DNA of 64,000 bases from Octopus vulgaris (taxonomy: Eukaryota). Location of the stretch: assembly GCA_951406725.2 (NCBI GenBank), contig OX597817.1, positions 80,910,001 through 80,974,000 of the forward strand, read 5' to 3'. Shown here one piece after another: positions 45,314-59,431 of the stretch. The notes below the pieces were generated by a model. That model was not told the DNA's origin. It ran no database searches and saw nothing but the letters and a program-made list of their open reading frames with translations. A program made the translations under genes and the position numbers. Each line of letters opens with the position of its first letter. The first letter of the stretch is position 1.

Positions 45314-45597
45314 CATATGTATAAATATATATATATATATATATATATCATATACGTACATACATATACGAATACGGATTTAAGTATATGATGGCTTAGG
45401 TAGCCGAACCTATCAATACTATTCTTGTTAAACAATGATAAATTTATACTCTACCAAATGTACTGAATATTCCTTAAATTCAATGTAAAACTGTTTTTAT
45501 TATAACACAAAAACAAACAATGCACATATATTTATATAAGTATATAAACATGCACATATATCTATAGAAATATAAACTTATTTATATATATATATAT

Positions 45598-45870
45598 TTC
45601 TTTACTGCCCACAAGCGGCTAAACAGAGAGAGGACAAACAAGGACTGTTTTTTGTTTTTTTTACCATAAAGGCTTTACACAGAGGGGACATTACAATGCC
45701 TCGGGAACACAAAACATCAAAATCCTAATTAAAATTAAAATAAAAACGTAAGCGTGTTATAGATATGAAAAAGGCTGAAAAATGAGAGATGAAAGTGATG
45801 TTAACTGCCCCATCAGTCAACATCACTTAGAGATTAAGTCGATTACACTGGTGCGTAACTGGTCTTGGCG
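45598..45870 (-). mobile_element. SINE family A 3' part, interrupted by a fragment carrying a related tail (possible partner LINE 3' end)
   Basis: The SINE tail at 45598-45645 resumes at about 45828. The insert begins ttttaccataaaggctttacacagaggggaca, similar to the SINE tail. Confidence 0.45.
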
Positions 45871-46210
45871 TGAATCCGCCAAGACTTACATGCAAGAAGT
45901 AGCGACTCAAATGTTTTTGAATCAGATGCCAATACTGGATGTTCGAGAACCAAATGAAGAGCAGATTTTCAACTAAGGATCATTCTGATTCCAAAAAGGT
46001 ATAATATGTCTATGTAGAACAAATGTAGACTGCGTACCGGGGTCCCAGTCAGACAGAATTTTGCTTTTATTATAATAGAAATATGAAGAAAATATTATGT
46101 AACATATTAATAGCAGAAAACTTGTGATTTATTTAAACACTTACCGAGTTTAAACCCTCTCTACATCTACCTGTGGATTATATGTTGAGTAACCATTATT
46201 TCGTGTTCAT

Positions 46211-46410
46211 AAGGCGGTGAGTGGCAGAATGGCTAGTACGACGGCGGCATTTCGTTCACCTTTGCAATCTGAGTCCAAATTCCGCTGAGATCGATGGTTT
46301 CCTCGATCCTTTTGCTGCTGATAAAATAAGTGCTACTCAATTTTGGAGTCAATATGATCGACTGCTCACCCCATCAAATCTCAAGCCTTGTTCCTAGAGA
46401 AGAAAGGAAT
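46211..46410 (+). mobile_element. Degenerate SINE family A
   Basis: aaggcggtgagtggcagaat..ctgagtccaaattccgc..gataaaataagt. Confidence 0.7.
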
Positions 46411-46574
46411 ATTTCATGTACGATTTTTATTTGCGTATCCTTACTATCAGATTCCCTTCCAGTCACACGATTGTTTACGTTGAAATATTCTGTGTGAATA
46501 CATCGAGGGTAAAGTGTCGTTTCTGGTTGGAACTTCCAGGTTTCCTGTCCTGAAATTGCCTGGCTAAGAGTTCA

Positions 46575-47170
46575 TACGGGTGCAGGAACAATACCGGACA
46601 TCTTGTAACTATGTTATGGTACCAACCAGCATGTTACAGAGGGTGTTTAAGAACTCAAAGGTGCATAAAACCGCAGACACATACAATTGTGTCCCCGACT
46701 CTGCTTCCTGATAACTTCCAGAAAAATGGTTAAATTTTTAATGAAATGTTCTACAAATTTCTCTCAGATGGTGTAGATTACGATTATATCAGAACTTAAT
46801 GAGAAAAAAAAAGAGAAAATATTCGTGAAATACACACATATATACTGATACACATAACATATATATTCACAAAATAGAACTTGAAATTTTGAAACAAATT
46901 GTGATGTATGTCAGAAAATATATGTGTGCGACCTCTATTTTTTTCACATTAAATTCCGATATAGTTGTAATGTACGATATCTGAGAGGTATTTGTAGAAT
47001 ACTTCCTTAAAAGATATCCATTTTTTTCTGAAATTTATGAGGAAACTATTGCGTGGAGGGCACACTTGTGAGGGTCTGCTCAAAATATCCCCACAAACAC
47101 CAAAAAAAAGGTGAAGATGACTCTGACTTCACTCTAGTCTTCAGGTGTCCGGTTGCGTCCCCCGGCGCAC
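46575..47170. mobile_element. Foldback/MITE-like DNA element with long TIRs
   Basis: 46672-46815 is an imperfect inverted copy of 46932-47080. Outer match accggacatct (46593) / aggtgtccggt (47143). Confidence 0.7.
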
Positions 47171-47839
47171 ACATTCCCTAGCCTTTAATCACCGCGAAAG
47201 GTTGAAAGAGACTGAATATTATTTGAATCGGAGACCTTGGAGAAAACGTTATCGATATTGTGACGTCATAATGACAATATGAAGAAATATACAAATCTTT
47301 GGTCTGGACGAGAATGTCATACGTAGACGCTACACACGCACACACGCAATAGCACACACACATATACACAAACAAATATTTACAGATATAATGTATGCAT
47401 TAACATTAATGTGTGTGTCTGTGTGTGTGTACATTTGTGCCTCTGTGTGTGTGTGTGTGTTTCATCTCTTGCCTAGCATTCACTTCAGACATCCAATTTA
47501 TCTTTTCATTTTTCATTCTTTTCTTTCCTGCTATCTTTCTTCCTTTCAATCTCATCTTTCTATCCTTCTCCTGAGCCCTCTCATCGTACTCTTGGAACAC
47601 AAGCACCACTCTATTCTTCCTTTTTTGTTAGTTTTCACCGCGTAGTATCCCACATTTTGAAATACTTGCAATTCCTATTTTTACTGCTCATGTTTGCTTC
47701 GCTTGATATATTTCCAAAATTAAACATTTTAATATACAAAATATACTTCACATTATTACATATACTATACGTTAATGCAAAAAATATTTTATTGACCATG
47801 TTCAAAATGATTACAACATAAATTGAAAGTTCAACACAA

Positions 47840-48248
47840 ACTTGCTAAGGCAGTTACGAAAGGCTATCAAGACCAAACGAAAAACTGATGGAGTTTTGTT
47901 TCATTAGGACAATGCTTCAGCACACAAGTTTGGTTTCAATGGCTGCTCTGCGCGACTGGCTTTGGACTGGTTGATTACCTTCCCTACGTTAGTGATTTGG
48001 TTCTATTTTATTATCATCTGTTTCCCAGCATGAACAAACACCCAGTTGGGCACCAGTATCGCTGTGGTGATGACATCTTATCTGATGTTGATGAATACTT
48101 TAACCAACAGGATAGCGTCTTCACCAGCGCGACCCAAGTACTACAACTACTGATGGAAGTGTATGGACAGTAAGGGGAACTACATTAAAATATGGACTTC
48201 ATTTGGTCACATTCCATGAGAGTAGGAACATTTTAGCCGACCCTCATA
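47840..48248 (+). pseudogene. mariner transposase 3' remnant
   Basis: GVLFH*DNASAHK (HDNA motif), YHLFPSMNKH..GHQYRCGDDILSDVDEYFNQQD and KGNYIK, then the TIR-like end ttagccgaccctcata. Confidence 0.85.
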
Positions 48249-48396
48249 ATAATAAAAATTATTATAACTGCATTTGTCTTAATGTTAACATTGAAAAAAT
48301 CGACTTTTTACGTTAAAAAAATTTGAACCTGGGTTTGCACCACCTAATCAAATTTTGTTCCCGGGCCACTACATACATACATACATACATACATAC

Positions 48397-48950
48397 CTGG
48401 TGGCTGCCCCCTCTTTAATGAGTATGGCCATTGCACGACGCTTAATCAATGTTGTTATCGTGCAATGCCTGTGCAAGAAGTTTTTTTTAAAGTGAGGAAA
48501 GGCTGTGCACTGAGTAAATCCCACTCACTAAGCAACAGCAGCCATAATCCGAAAAGAAGAAAAAGTCAATATCACCGGTAACCACTGAGCCGCAGGTTTT
48601 ATGTCGGAGTTATCCCAGTAACCTCAGTTACCTTCTCCTAGATGGATGCCCTAACAAAGGCTAGGAGCCCTTCACTCCCAGTGGTTTAACCGTGCGATCG
48701 GGTATTCAGTCCGATTATTTCTATGTCCCCGCGCATGATACAGCCTTAAGACATTTATTGGATGGCCGTTGACTCTCAAGAGTTCCTCCGCCCTTTGACG
48801 GGTTTTGTTTTTCCTCCCGCAGGGTGTCCAATAAACACCCTCCTCACCAAGCAAGCTTGGTGGGGTTGCCGGTTTAGTCGCCGACGACCCGACCATGCAA
48901 CAGGTTGTACTGGGTTACAGGTTACCAGTAGCACTCGAAAGTGACCTGAC
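48397..48950 (-). mobile_element. RTE-derived non-autonomous element inserted in (CATA)n
   Basis: GC-rich non-coding block flanked on both sides by (CATA)n. Minus strand gggcatccatctaggagaagg (48631-48651) resembles the conserved RTE 5'-UTR motif GGCAACCAGTCTAGGAGAAGG. Confidence 0.6.
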
Positions 48951-50306
48951 ATAACATACATACATACATACATACATACATACATACATACATACATACA
49001 TACATACATACATACATACATACATACATAAAACTTAAACATTTGATTAAAATGTTTAAAACATTAATTAAAATTGACATCGGAAAATAATGGAAAGCAA
49101 ATTCGATCCACGAAAGTGGAAAGTTGCGATGAGTGTTTGTTTATCTCGTATAATTTCTCCGTGAGCGATCGAACTCAGTGCCCCCGTAACTGACATGGAC
49201 GCTTATCAGAAATCGTTAACTTCTTGGATAAAAATCTTGTTTCGAATTACATTACTACGCTCGTACTTTTGACAGAAGTTCTCAGATAAGAGCCATGCTC
49301 AGTGAATGAAAGTGAATGAAAACGGTACAGAAGCCGGGATATTGGACTACACCTCTTTGACAGTAGTAGGTTTGATGCTTTGCCTTGTTTAACACCACTA
49401 CCTGATTAATGGATATTTTGACCCAAATTTACTCAGTTGCAAGCTTTCGTACTGGGTTTCCTATTCGAGAATAAAAATTTCTCGCGTAGATGAGCTGTTT
49501 TCTGTTGCAACAAACAAAAATGTTGGTCTTTTTCCACAACCCGTTCAGTATTTTCTGAGGCCTTCCGAAATAGGTCATAGATGGCGCCCTTGTTGTTTCA
49601 ACTAACATATTTAGCTCCATACCGTAGACATTAACTCTAGGATTTCACAATGTGATTTTTTTATATATTATTCTTTCATTTTCGTTTTATTTGGAGTTTC
49701 ATTTCATTGTTTATAATTCTGTACTAATGCTACAAGTTCATCAATGTCAACACTTTACATTTATTATCAATGTGGTTCACATATATTTGCTATTCTACAT
49801 ACCGAACACACGCTTCTATACCAAGAAGACATTAATGTGGAAATGTGAAATTCAAGACGTTAAGTATATGGATAAGAAATATGGTCGTAATGTTTCTCAA
49901 TCTTCGGTTGTGTGTGTGTGCGTGTGTGTGTGTGTGTGTGCGTGCGTGTGTGTGTGTGCTTGTGTGTGTGTGTGCGTGTGTGTGTGTGTACTTCGTGTTT
50001 GTGTCTATATAAATGTACAAATAATTATGAATAGTATTGTGTTTATATATCGTATTTATTCATATGTAACTTCTTGTACGTGATGTGAGGCTTCGTGTAT
50101 ATGTATTCATGTGTGACAATATATATATATATATATATATATACATTTTTATAAATACATATGCTTCTATGCATATTTATGTGTGAGTCCATGGATGTCT
50201 GTGTGTATACTGGTAGATATATGTGTGTGTGTGCGTATATTTATGTAGGTATGCTTGAATATATATAGAATGCGTACGTACATATATACACATACATATA
50301 TATACT

Positions 50307-50361
<55 letters not shown>

Positions 50362-50397
50362 GCACATATATGTATGCATAGAAATATCCGATTATGG

Positions 50398-50536
<139 letters not shown>

Positions 50537-51515
50537 GGAGGAGGAGGAGAAGAAGAAGAATATGATGATGAAGAAGAAAAGAAGAAGAAGAAAAGAAGAA
50601 GAAGAAAAGAAGAAGAAGAAAAGAAGAAGAAGAAAAGAAGAAGAAAAGAAGAAGAAGAAGAAGAAGAAGAAGAAGAAGAAGAAGAAGAAGAAGAAGAAGA
50701 AGAAGAAGAAGAAGAAGAAGGGGAGGCGCAGGAGGAGAGGGAAAGGAAGAAGAAGAACCTAGCCAACAAAACTACCAATACCAACAACAAAGAGTCGAGA
50801 CAAGTAAAATAGTTATCTCAGTACATATGTCCTACTAAAAGCACGGCAACACTGCATCCTCAACCAGACAATTATTAATGGTGCTGTTATGGTAAACATT
50901 ACGGACTGTTAGACGGCTTCCAATGACAAAGATCATAATCAGATACCTTATTTAGTAGCAGGAGAGTTTGTACAGCGATTTGTGTTATATGTTCTCTTCG
51001 CTAGTTGCCAATGGTTCGTTGACGTTAGCGTAGTGTCGTATGACTGATGGTAAAGCGATCCAAACGAGACTACTTCTTTGAGAATGTGATGCAAGTTTAG
51101 CGGGTAATAATGACAGTCAACGAAAATCGACTCCTTTTTCAGTGAGAGTTCCAAAGTACAAAGCTGTTTCGTTTCGTTCCGTTTCGTTTCCTAACAAGGA
51201 AGTGTTGTGTCTATAAATAAATGCATTTCATTAGGAATTAAAGTATTTACACTTTTATATACGCACTGACACATATACACATATACATATATGTAAGCAT
51301 GTATGTATATATGTATGTATATATTGCGTATGTATGTATGTATGTATGGAAACATGTATATACATGTATACATAACGTTATAGAGGAAAGATGACTTAGA
51401 AATGTACGGCTGTTTATCTTTACAATTCTTGCAGATATATACACCGCACACACGCGTATATCTAAGTGCCTCGTTATATATGTATGTGTGCGTATGTCTA
51501 TGTGTGTATACATAA

Positions 51516-51616
<101 letters not shown>

Positions 51617-51654
51617 AGTATATATATATACATATATATATATATACTATATTT

Positions 51655-51810
51655 ATATTATTTTATTCTTTTACTTGTTTCAGTCATTTCACTGCGGCTA
51701 TTCCGGAGCACCGCCTTTCATCCAATAAATACCTGCCTAAGGTGCAATGCTGTGGGACTGAAACTGGAACCATGTGGTTGGGAAGCAGGCTTCTTACCAC
51801 ACAGCCACAT
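51655..51810 (-). mobile_element. SINE family B, internally deleted
   Basis: Head and tail of family B joined directly. Confidence 0.8.
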
Positions 51811-51965
51811 ATACACACAGGGAAAAAGAATAAGAAAAATAGAGAAAGACGAACAGACAGACAGGCAGACATAGATGGATAGATAGACAGACATATAGAT
51901 TGATAGATAGATAAAAATGTATACATATGGATACATAGATATTCATGAATACAGAAAGGCAGACG

Positions 51966-52500
<535 letters not shown>

Positions 52501-52549
52501 AATATATATTTAAAAAATACCAATTCACAAAACACACACACATACATAT

Positions 52550-52606
<57 letters not shown>

Positions 52607-52724
52607 AAGAGAGAAAGGGTATATATATATATATACATATATATATATACATATATATACGTTTATATATTTGTTGTGCAAGATTTTATTGGCTAAACTG
52701 GGAAAATGACCATTCCGAAATATG

Positions 52725-52757
<33 letters not shown>

Positions 52758-53329
52758 CGAGAGAGGGAGAAGGAGAGACTTTCGGATGTGAGAGAAGCTC
52801 GATGTTTTTTGGGTTTTTTTTTGAAAAGAGATAAAATTTATTCAAATTTCAAAAACGATAAATAAAATTTATATAGAAAGAATTGAGCTCCCAAAAAACT
52901 CAAAAACACCACGATAAAAATATTTTTTTGTATAAATTCAAATAACATTCGATAGGATGAAAACAAACGAAAAGATAATTTATATTTACATGTGTGTGCG
53001 TGTGTGTGTGTGTATAGATACATAGATATATATAAAGACACATAAATATTCAAATTTATCTTTTATTTAACATATTTCTTCTTTGTGTGACCTTCGCCAT
53101 CGTGAAGCTACAAATTACAATGAAGGAATAATTTCTGATTAAGATATAAACATTTCTATCTAGGTTTTAATTATTTGTATTAAATGCTATTAGTTTTTCA
53201 ATGTACATTGAAACGTGTTTGTGTGTGTGCGTGCGCGCGCATACGTGTGTGTGGATATTTCAATTCATCCAAAGGCGAAGTACTGTTTCTCCGAGAATAC
53301 CGAATTATTATTTATTGATACTAATATTG

Positions 53330-54110
53330 ATTTTAAATTTTGGTGTAGAGTCAGCCATTTCGGGGTTAGTTATAAATCGATTGCATCGACTCCAATGTTC
53401 AACTGGTACTTATTTTATCAACATCGAAAGGATGAAAGGTAAAGTCAACCTCGGTGGAATTGAACTCAGAACGTGAAGACAGACGAAATGCTGGTAAACA
53501 TTTTGCCCGGCGCGCTAACGACTCTGCCAGCTTGCCACCTCTCTTGGTACTAATATTGATAATATTACTAAGGCGACGAGATGACAGAATCGTTAGCGCA
53601 CCGGACAAAATGTTTTACAGCATTTCTTTCGGCTTTATGTTTTGCGTTCAAATGCCGCTGGGGCCGACTTCACCTTGCATCCTTCCGGGGTCGATAAAAT
53701 AAATACCAGTTGAGTACTGGGTTCGATTTAATCGACTTAGTCCTTCCCCTGAAATTACTAGCGTTATGCTAAATTTTGAAGCCAATATATATTTCGTTAT
53801 TGTATTTGATCTGAACTCGAGTGTCGAAACAGATTTTGTTGTAACTCGGGAGGGTCATTATACCAATAATAAATTCACGCACCGGTTCAATTCCATTTCT
53901 TTATTATTCGTCAATTGGTTAACTGCATAGACAACTTGTGTGTACGTATGTATGTGTATATCTATATCTATCTAATTATCTATATTAGTACCAAAAGAGG
54001 TAGCAAGCTGGCAGAGTCGTTAGCGCGCCGGGCAAAATGTTTACCGGCATTTCGTCTGTCTTCACGTTCTGAGTACAATTCCACCGAGGTTGACTTTGCC
54101 TTTCATCCTT
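53330..54110. mobile_element. Cluster of three SINE family A copies (53330-53545 -, 53570-53785 +, 53995-54110 +)
   Basis: Family A head and body motifs in both orientations. Confidence 0.85.
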
Positions 54111-56522
54111 TATATATGCATCTGACAATATATACGATACTATATCTTATTAATATATATAAATGTCAATGCCATGTTATTGCTTGATACTTTAAGACAA
54201 AGTTAATTAAAACATGATTACAGTTAAAAATCTAAACATTAAGGAAAGGATATAATCTATATGTGCATATATTTAATCTCCTATTTAGCAGGCAAAACCT
54301 TCCCCTTAGCCATACTACCATGTGCGTACGTACACACACACACACACACACAATGTTTTTAGAAAAAGTTCTTGATACTATCACAATATTAAGAAAGATT
54401 TTCTTAAATTACAAGTTATGAAATATATTTTTAAAAAATGATCTAAAAAAACAGTGAAATGAAATTTTGCAGTTTTTTGACTTGTTTAAAAACAGCTTTT
54501 GGGGAAGCTGAAAACGGCGAAAACCCGTTTAACACACCACCAAAACTTCCATATGGTTTTAAAAAATTTTAATATACAATGGATTGCAAAAGTAGGTATA
54601 CAGTAAGTATCACATCGATGTTATAATACTTAATTCATTAACATTATTACCATATTAGGATCTAGTCAAATTGATTCGCAAAATATGCATTTTTTTAAAT
54701 GATGTTAAAAAAATCTGAAAATCGGTTATAATAATGTAGTCTTCCAGTCTCATTGCTATGAAGGTATGATGTTGTGGAGAAGAACATTGGAGGCAAAGTT
54801 ACAGAGGTTTAAAAATCGGGAAAACTGTATTTTTAGCAAATCGCGAGACAAATTTTCTGCGTTTAGCGGATCGGTATCGACTTTAAGGTTGTACCCTGTG
54901 AAATTTATAGTTTAGCGTCTGTGAAATGACCTGTTCATTGTAGGTTTCTAAATAAATAGAAATACCTAATAAAATCAACATGTATCATCTTACTGTTTCT
55001 TTTGTCTCTTCATTGGTCGTATGTTTTTATTATTAGTTTTTATTTGCTATATTAATATATTTGGCTGCATGTGTTTATGCATATTTCAGTATTATGTACA
55101 CCTGTCATGTATTTGTGTACATCATTAATATATAAGTAAATGTAGATGTATGTATTCATATATAAGTTAATATGTACGTTTATGCATTCATGTGTGTGTG
55201 TGTGTAAAAAGGGGGTGTCTGTCTACAAAACTCCAAAGTTGAGTAACTTTTCTATGCTTGGATTTGTAAACTACGATAAGAATAACACAGATCAACAAAG
55301 AATTTGTCCCAAGAAAAAATAAATGTGAAGCTAACGGTTTAAGAAATACTCCTAATTCAAATGTTTATGAATAGAATTAACCTAGCGAAATCATAAATCC
55401 AGCTATTTGAGTCAATGAGTCCCTGAAGGTTGGCAATACTGTCAATTCACCTTCATAATGCCAAGAAACTGTATAAACATCGTAAACAACTTTTGCTATA
55501 CTTACAGTGACTTAACATCCAAGTGACAAAGACGGCGTTTCACTCTATTGATTACGTGCGGCAAAGATACGAGTGAAGTGAAACACAACACAGCGTGCGG
55601 TTGTCATGGTAACAAGCTGCTAATGCCTCGCTATCTGTTACCCAAATTTCCCAACTTTAATTCCAAATAACATCAGATTCTTTAATTCACGAGATAAAGT
55701 AATTGGTTGTTCGTGATCAAAATTCAGAGTTGCATCGATGCACCAAAATCGTAAGTAATCTGAGCAAAATTAAAGGGGGGATCATTTTGCGAATGAGACT
55801 CACTGGATCCGCACATTAAATTAGTTAGCCTCATTTTTCGATATTTTCTGTGTCATTAATCATAATAATACATTTATCATAACTGTTGTAGTGCGGTCTT
55901 TTACCACTGTTGTATCTGTCTTTTGACGACGGTTGTCGCTCTGACAGATATTGTTATATTTCGAAGTCGTTTATAGAATATTTGGCACTGTACAACCCCC
56001 CACCCCCGTTATTATCCTCAAAAGGTTGGATCATTATAACGCCCACTCAGTATATCACAGTATAATTACTATATCAGCACAGTCACCACTGTCTACTCGT
56101 ACTCTCTACCTTCTACTGCCGACTAGCTATTGGTATATTTAAAATAGCTGCTTGCTACCACGTTTCACCGGGAGGAGTTATATCAATACTTTTATCGTAA
56201 CTTTTATTATTTTTTTCTTATAAAAATAAATGAGTATTGTACGTGTTTTCTTTTTTCATAACTGTATACCTACTTTTGCACCACCCTGTATATAGTTTGA
56301 TTTTAATTTAAGAAATTCTTTCTTCATATATCTTTTATCTTTTATCCTTTACTTGTTTCAGTCATTAGACTGCGGCCAAGCTGCAGCAGGGCCTTGAAAA
56401 TTTTTTTCGTCGAATGAATCGAACTCATGAGATTTTAGAGCTTGGGATTTCAAAGTTTCATTTATTATATACACAATCATAAGTAGAAGAAAGTTATTAT
56501 AAATATAGATGTATTTATATAA

Positions 56523-56723
56523 CTAGCAAATCTACCCATCTACGATGGAGGTATAAAGGTGATTTATTAATACAAAATTCAATATCCACTAAATAATCAT
56601 ACTATTTCACATTGTTTTCGCTAAAAACCTTCCTGATTACCTCCGTAATCCCGAAAAACATCATGACCATTCGTCCAGCCGTTTGCCCGTGAAGAGGGAA
56701 CAGACAGACAGACAGACAGACGA

Positions 56724-56755
<32 letters not shown>

Positions 56756-56798
56756 ACGGACAGACAGACAGACGGACATAACGCCCATTACAGTAAGA
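56523..56798 (-). mobile_element. Non-autonomous Helitron
   Basis: Minus strand A|TC...CTAG|T ends, a (CTGT)n tract near the 5' end, and hairpin ccatc-gta-gatgg 9 nt before the terminal CTAG. Confidence 0.75.
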
Positions 56799-57029
56799 TT
56801 TATAGTCGCATGGTGTTATGTAATTCTGGTACAGTAAACGGCATGTAACTGACACAGTGAAACGAAAAGAAAGTCCCAATGTGCATGTTTTGCAATATTG
56901 ACAATCGCACAGTTGAAGTTTTGCTTAGTTTGGAACTAGACTTCGGAGCCAGTGGTTAGTGTGAAGCTATTAATGAAGAAACAGGTGTACTATAACTTAA
57001 GCATTGAGCGTACTTGCAAGTACTTGATT

Positions 57030-57190
57030 CAGTGTTGTTAGGAGCTAGGCTGCTTTGAACTAATTGGTGCTAGAGATCTGAAAGTATGAAAGGCAAAGTT
57101 GACCCCGGCGGCATTTGAATCCAAGAATGTAAAGACGGATGAAATGCTGCCAAGCATTTTACCAGGCGTGCAAACAATTCTGCTTGCTTA
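57030..57190 (-). mobile_element. Degenerate SINE family A
   Basis: atgaaaggcaaagttgaccccggcggcatttgaa. Confidence 0.7.
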
Positions 57191-57711
57191 ATAACGAAAT
57201 AAATATTATAAACTGTTCGACAATGCATTATATATTATAAGTTGAAATATTTCTGTCGGTTTCTGTTGATGTCTCCTATCTCAAAATGGAATTCTATATT
57301 CTTCTGGTTGCCCTCTCTATTAGTAGACATTGTAATTAATTCCCAAACTGGTAGATAAAAAGGGTACAGATGGGATATAACAGTACACAGTAGATGTATC
57401 CCTCGTCATATCTGATCGTTTTTAACCATACTACTTACTCGTAAACACTGTTGCATTAAGTAGCTGCTGACCTTGAGTCCCAGTCAATTTTAATAATATT
57501 CTTTATCAGATGAGCTGGCTGGAGCAAGGACAAGTAAAGTTCCTTGCTCAAGAAAGCAACACATCTCCCGTATTAGAAATCAAGCCCAATAAATTATTAT
57601 CTTGAGCCCAGTTAACAAACCACTAGAACACACGCCTTTTCAATATGGCGAAATACCCATTCAGATATATCCCTGATACCCACATTTTTGGCACTGATCT
57701 ATGGGATGTGT

Positions 57712-57920
57712 TAAAGCGGCGAGCTAACAGAATCGTTGGCACTCTGGTCGAGATGATTAGCAGCATTTCGTTCACCTGCACGTTCTGAGTTCGAATTCCG
57801 CCGAGATTGATTTCCTTTTAATCCTTTCAATAAAGTAAGTGCCAGTCGAACGGTGGGGTCGTTGTTATCAACTCAACCCCATCCCCGAAACTGCTGGCCC
57901 TGTGCCAAAATTTGTAACTA
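57712..57920 (+). mobile_element. SINE family A
   Basis: gcggcgagctaacagaatcgtt..gttctgagttcgaattccgccgag. Confidence 0.8.
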
Positions 57921-58031
57921 ATATATGGGATGTATAAGTATAAGAATTCATACGTATGTGTGGTTAAGTTTGCATGTATAAACATTCATATATATGTATA
58001 TAAGCATATGTATAAATGTACGATTATATGA

Positions 58032-58070
<39 letters not shown>

Positions 58071-58073
<3 letters not shown>

Positions 58074-58472
58074 TTTTATTCTTCTATTTGTTTCAGTCAT
58101 TTAACTGTGGCCATGCTGGAGAACCACCTTTAGTCGAACAAATCGACCCCAGGACTTATTCTTTGTAAGCCTAGTACTTAGTCTATCGGTCTCTTTTGCC
58201 AAACCGCTAAGTTACGGGTACGTAAACACACCAACATTGGTTGTCAAGCAATGGTGCAGGGACAAACACAGACACACAAACATATACAAATATATGCATA
58301 TATACATATATATATATGTATATATATACAACGGGCTTCTTTCAGTTTCCGTCTACCAAATCCACTCACAAGGCTTTGGTCGGCCCGAGGCTGTATAGAA
58401 GACAGTAGAACTGAACCCGAAACCATGTGGTTGGTAAGCAAGCTACCTACCACACAGCCACTCCTGCGCCTA
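58071..58472 (-). mobile_element. SINE family B
   Basis: Colinear with 18018-18437. Confidence 0.9.
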
Positions 58473-58517
58473 TATATATATCTATGTATTATATATATAT
58501 GTGTGTGTTTGTGTGTG

Positions 58518-58584
<67 letters not shown>

Positions 58585-59064
58585 TATTTTGTCAGTCAGC
58601 TGATAAACATATTTTGATATTTTGATCCAAAAAAATATATAAGTAAAAAACCACGCTATGCGTTAGTTTTGCAGCGGTAGTGCAAATCAGTTACCACTAG
58701 CTTCCTTGCACGATAAATCTTGTAACATCCACGTTACACATGCGGATATAATAGGAGTGAAAAGAGAAGCAGAAGACTAACGCTCGCAAAAAAAGAACAA
58801 AACAAAATGGCCGATCTCAAAAACAGCCCCGAAGCCTTCATGACAATAATTATATAAATAGGCAATCTGTCTATATAGTATATATATCGTGATTTATGTT
58901 CAAAGATGACAAAATTGTGTATTTCCTATATTTGCTGATATGTTCTAAACTGTCATATTTCTTTGTAATCGATATAACAGCAGATGTGTTCGACTAAATA
59001 CACCAGAGTAATTAATTAAACAAAATAGTTTTGGCGGGGAAAGTTAAAACAGTAGTTTCCCTGT

Positions 59065-59104
<40 letters not shown>

Positions 59105-59431
59105 GTGTGTAGGTGTATGTAAGTGTGTGAGTGTGCGTGTGTGTGTGTGTGTAAGTATATACATGTGTGTGCTTATATGTATGCTTATGCGTATGTATAA
59201 ATATATATATATATATGTAAGTGCATAAGTATTCAAAAAATATAAATATATGTGTGTATGTATATATATATATATATGCAGGGCGAATGAGATTTGTCAC
59301 TACTTCCCAATTATTATTATTATTATTATTATTGTTGTTGCTGTTGTTGTTGTTGTTATCATCATCATTATTTTCATTATCATCATTATCATCATCATCA
59401 TCACCATTGTTATTATTATTATTATTATTAT

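Noticed and set aside
49075-49640. Possible mariner-like 5' end
   Set aside because: Only a vague motif resemblance; no TIR pair or transposase peptide could be confirmed.
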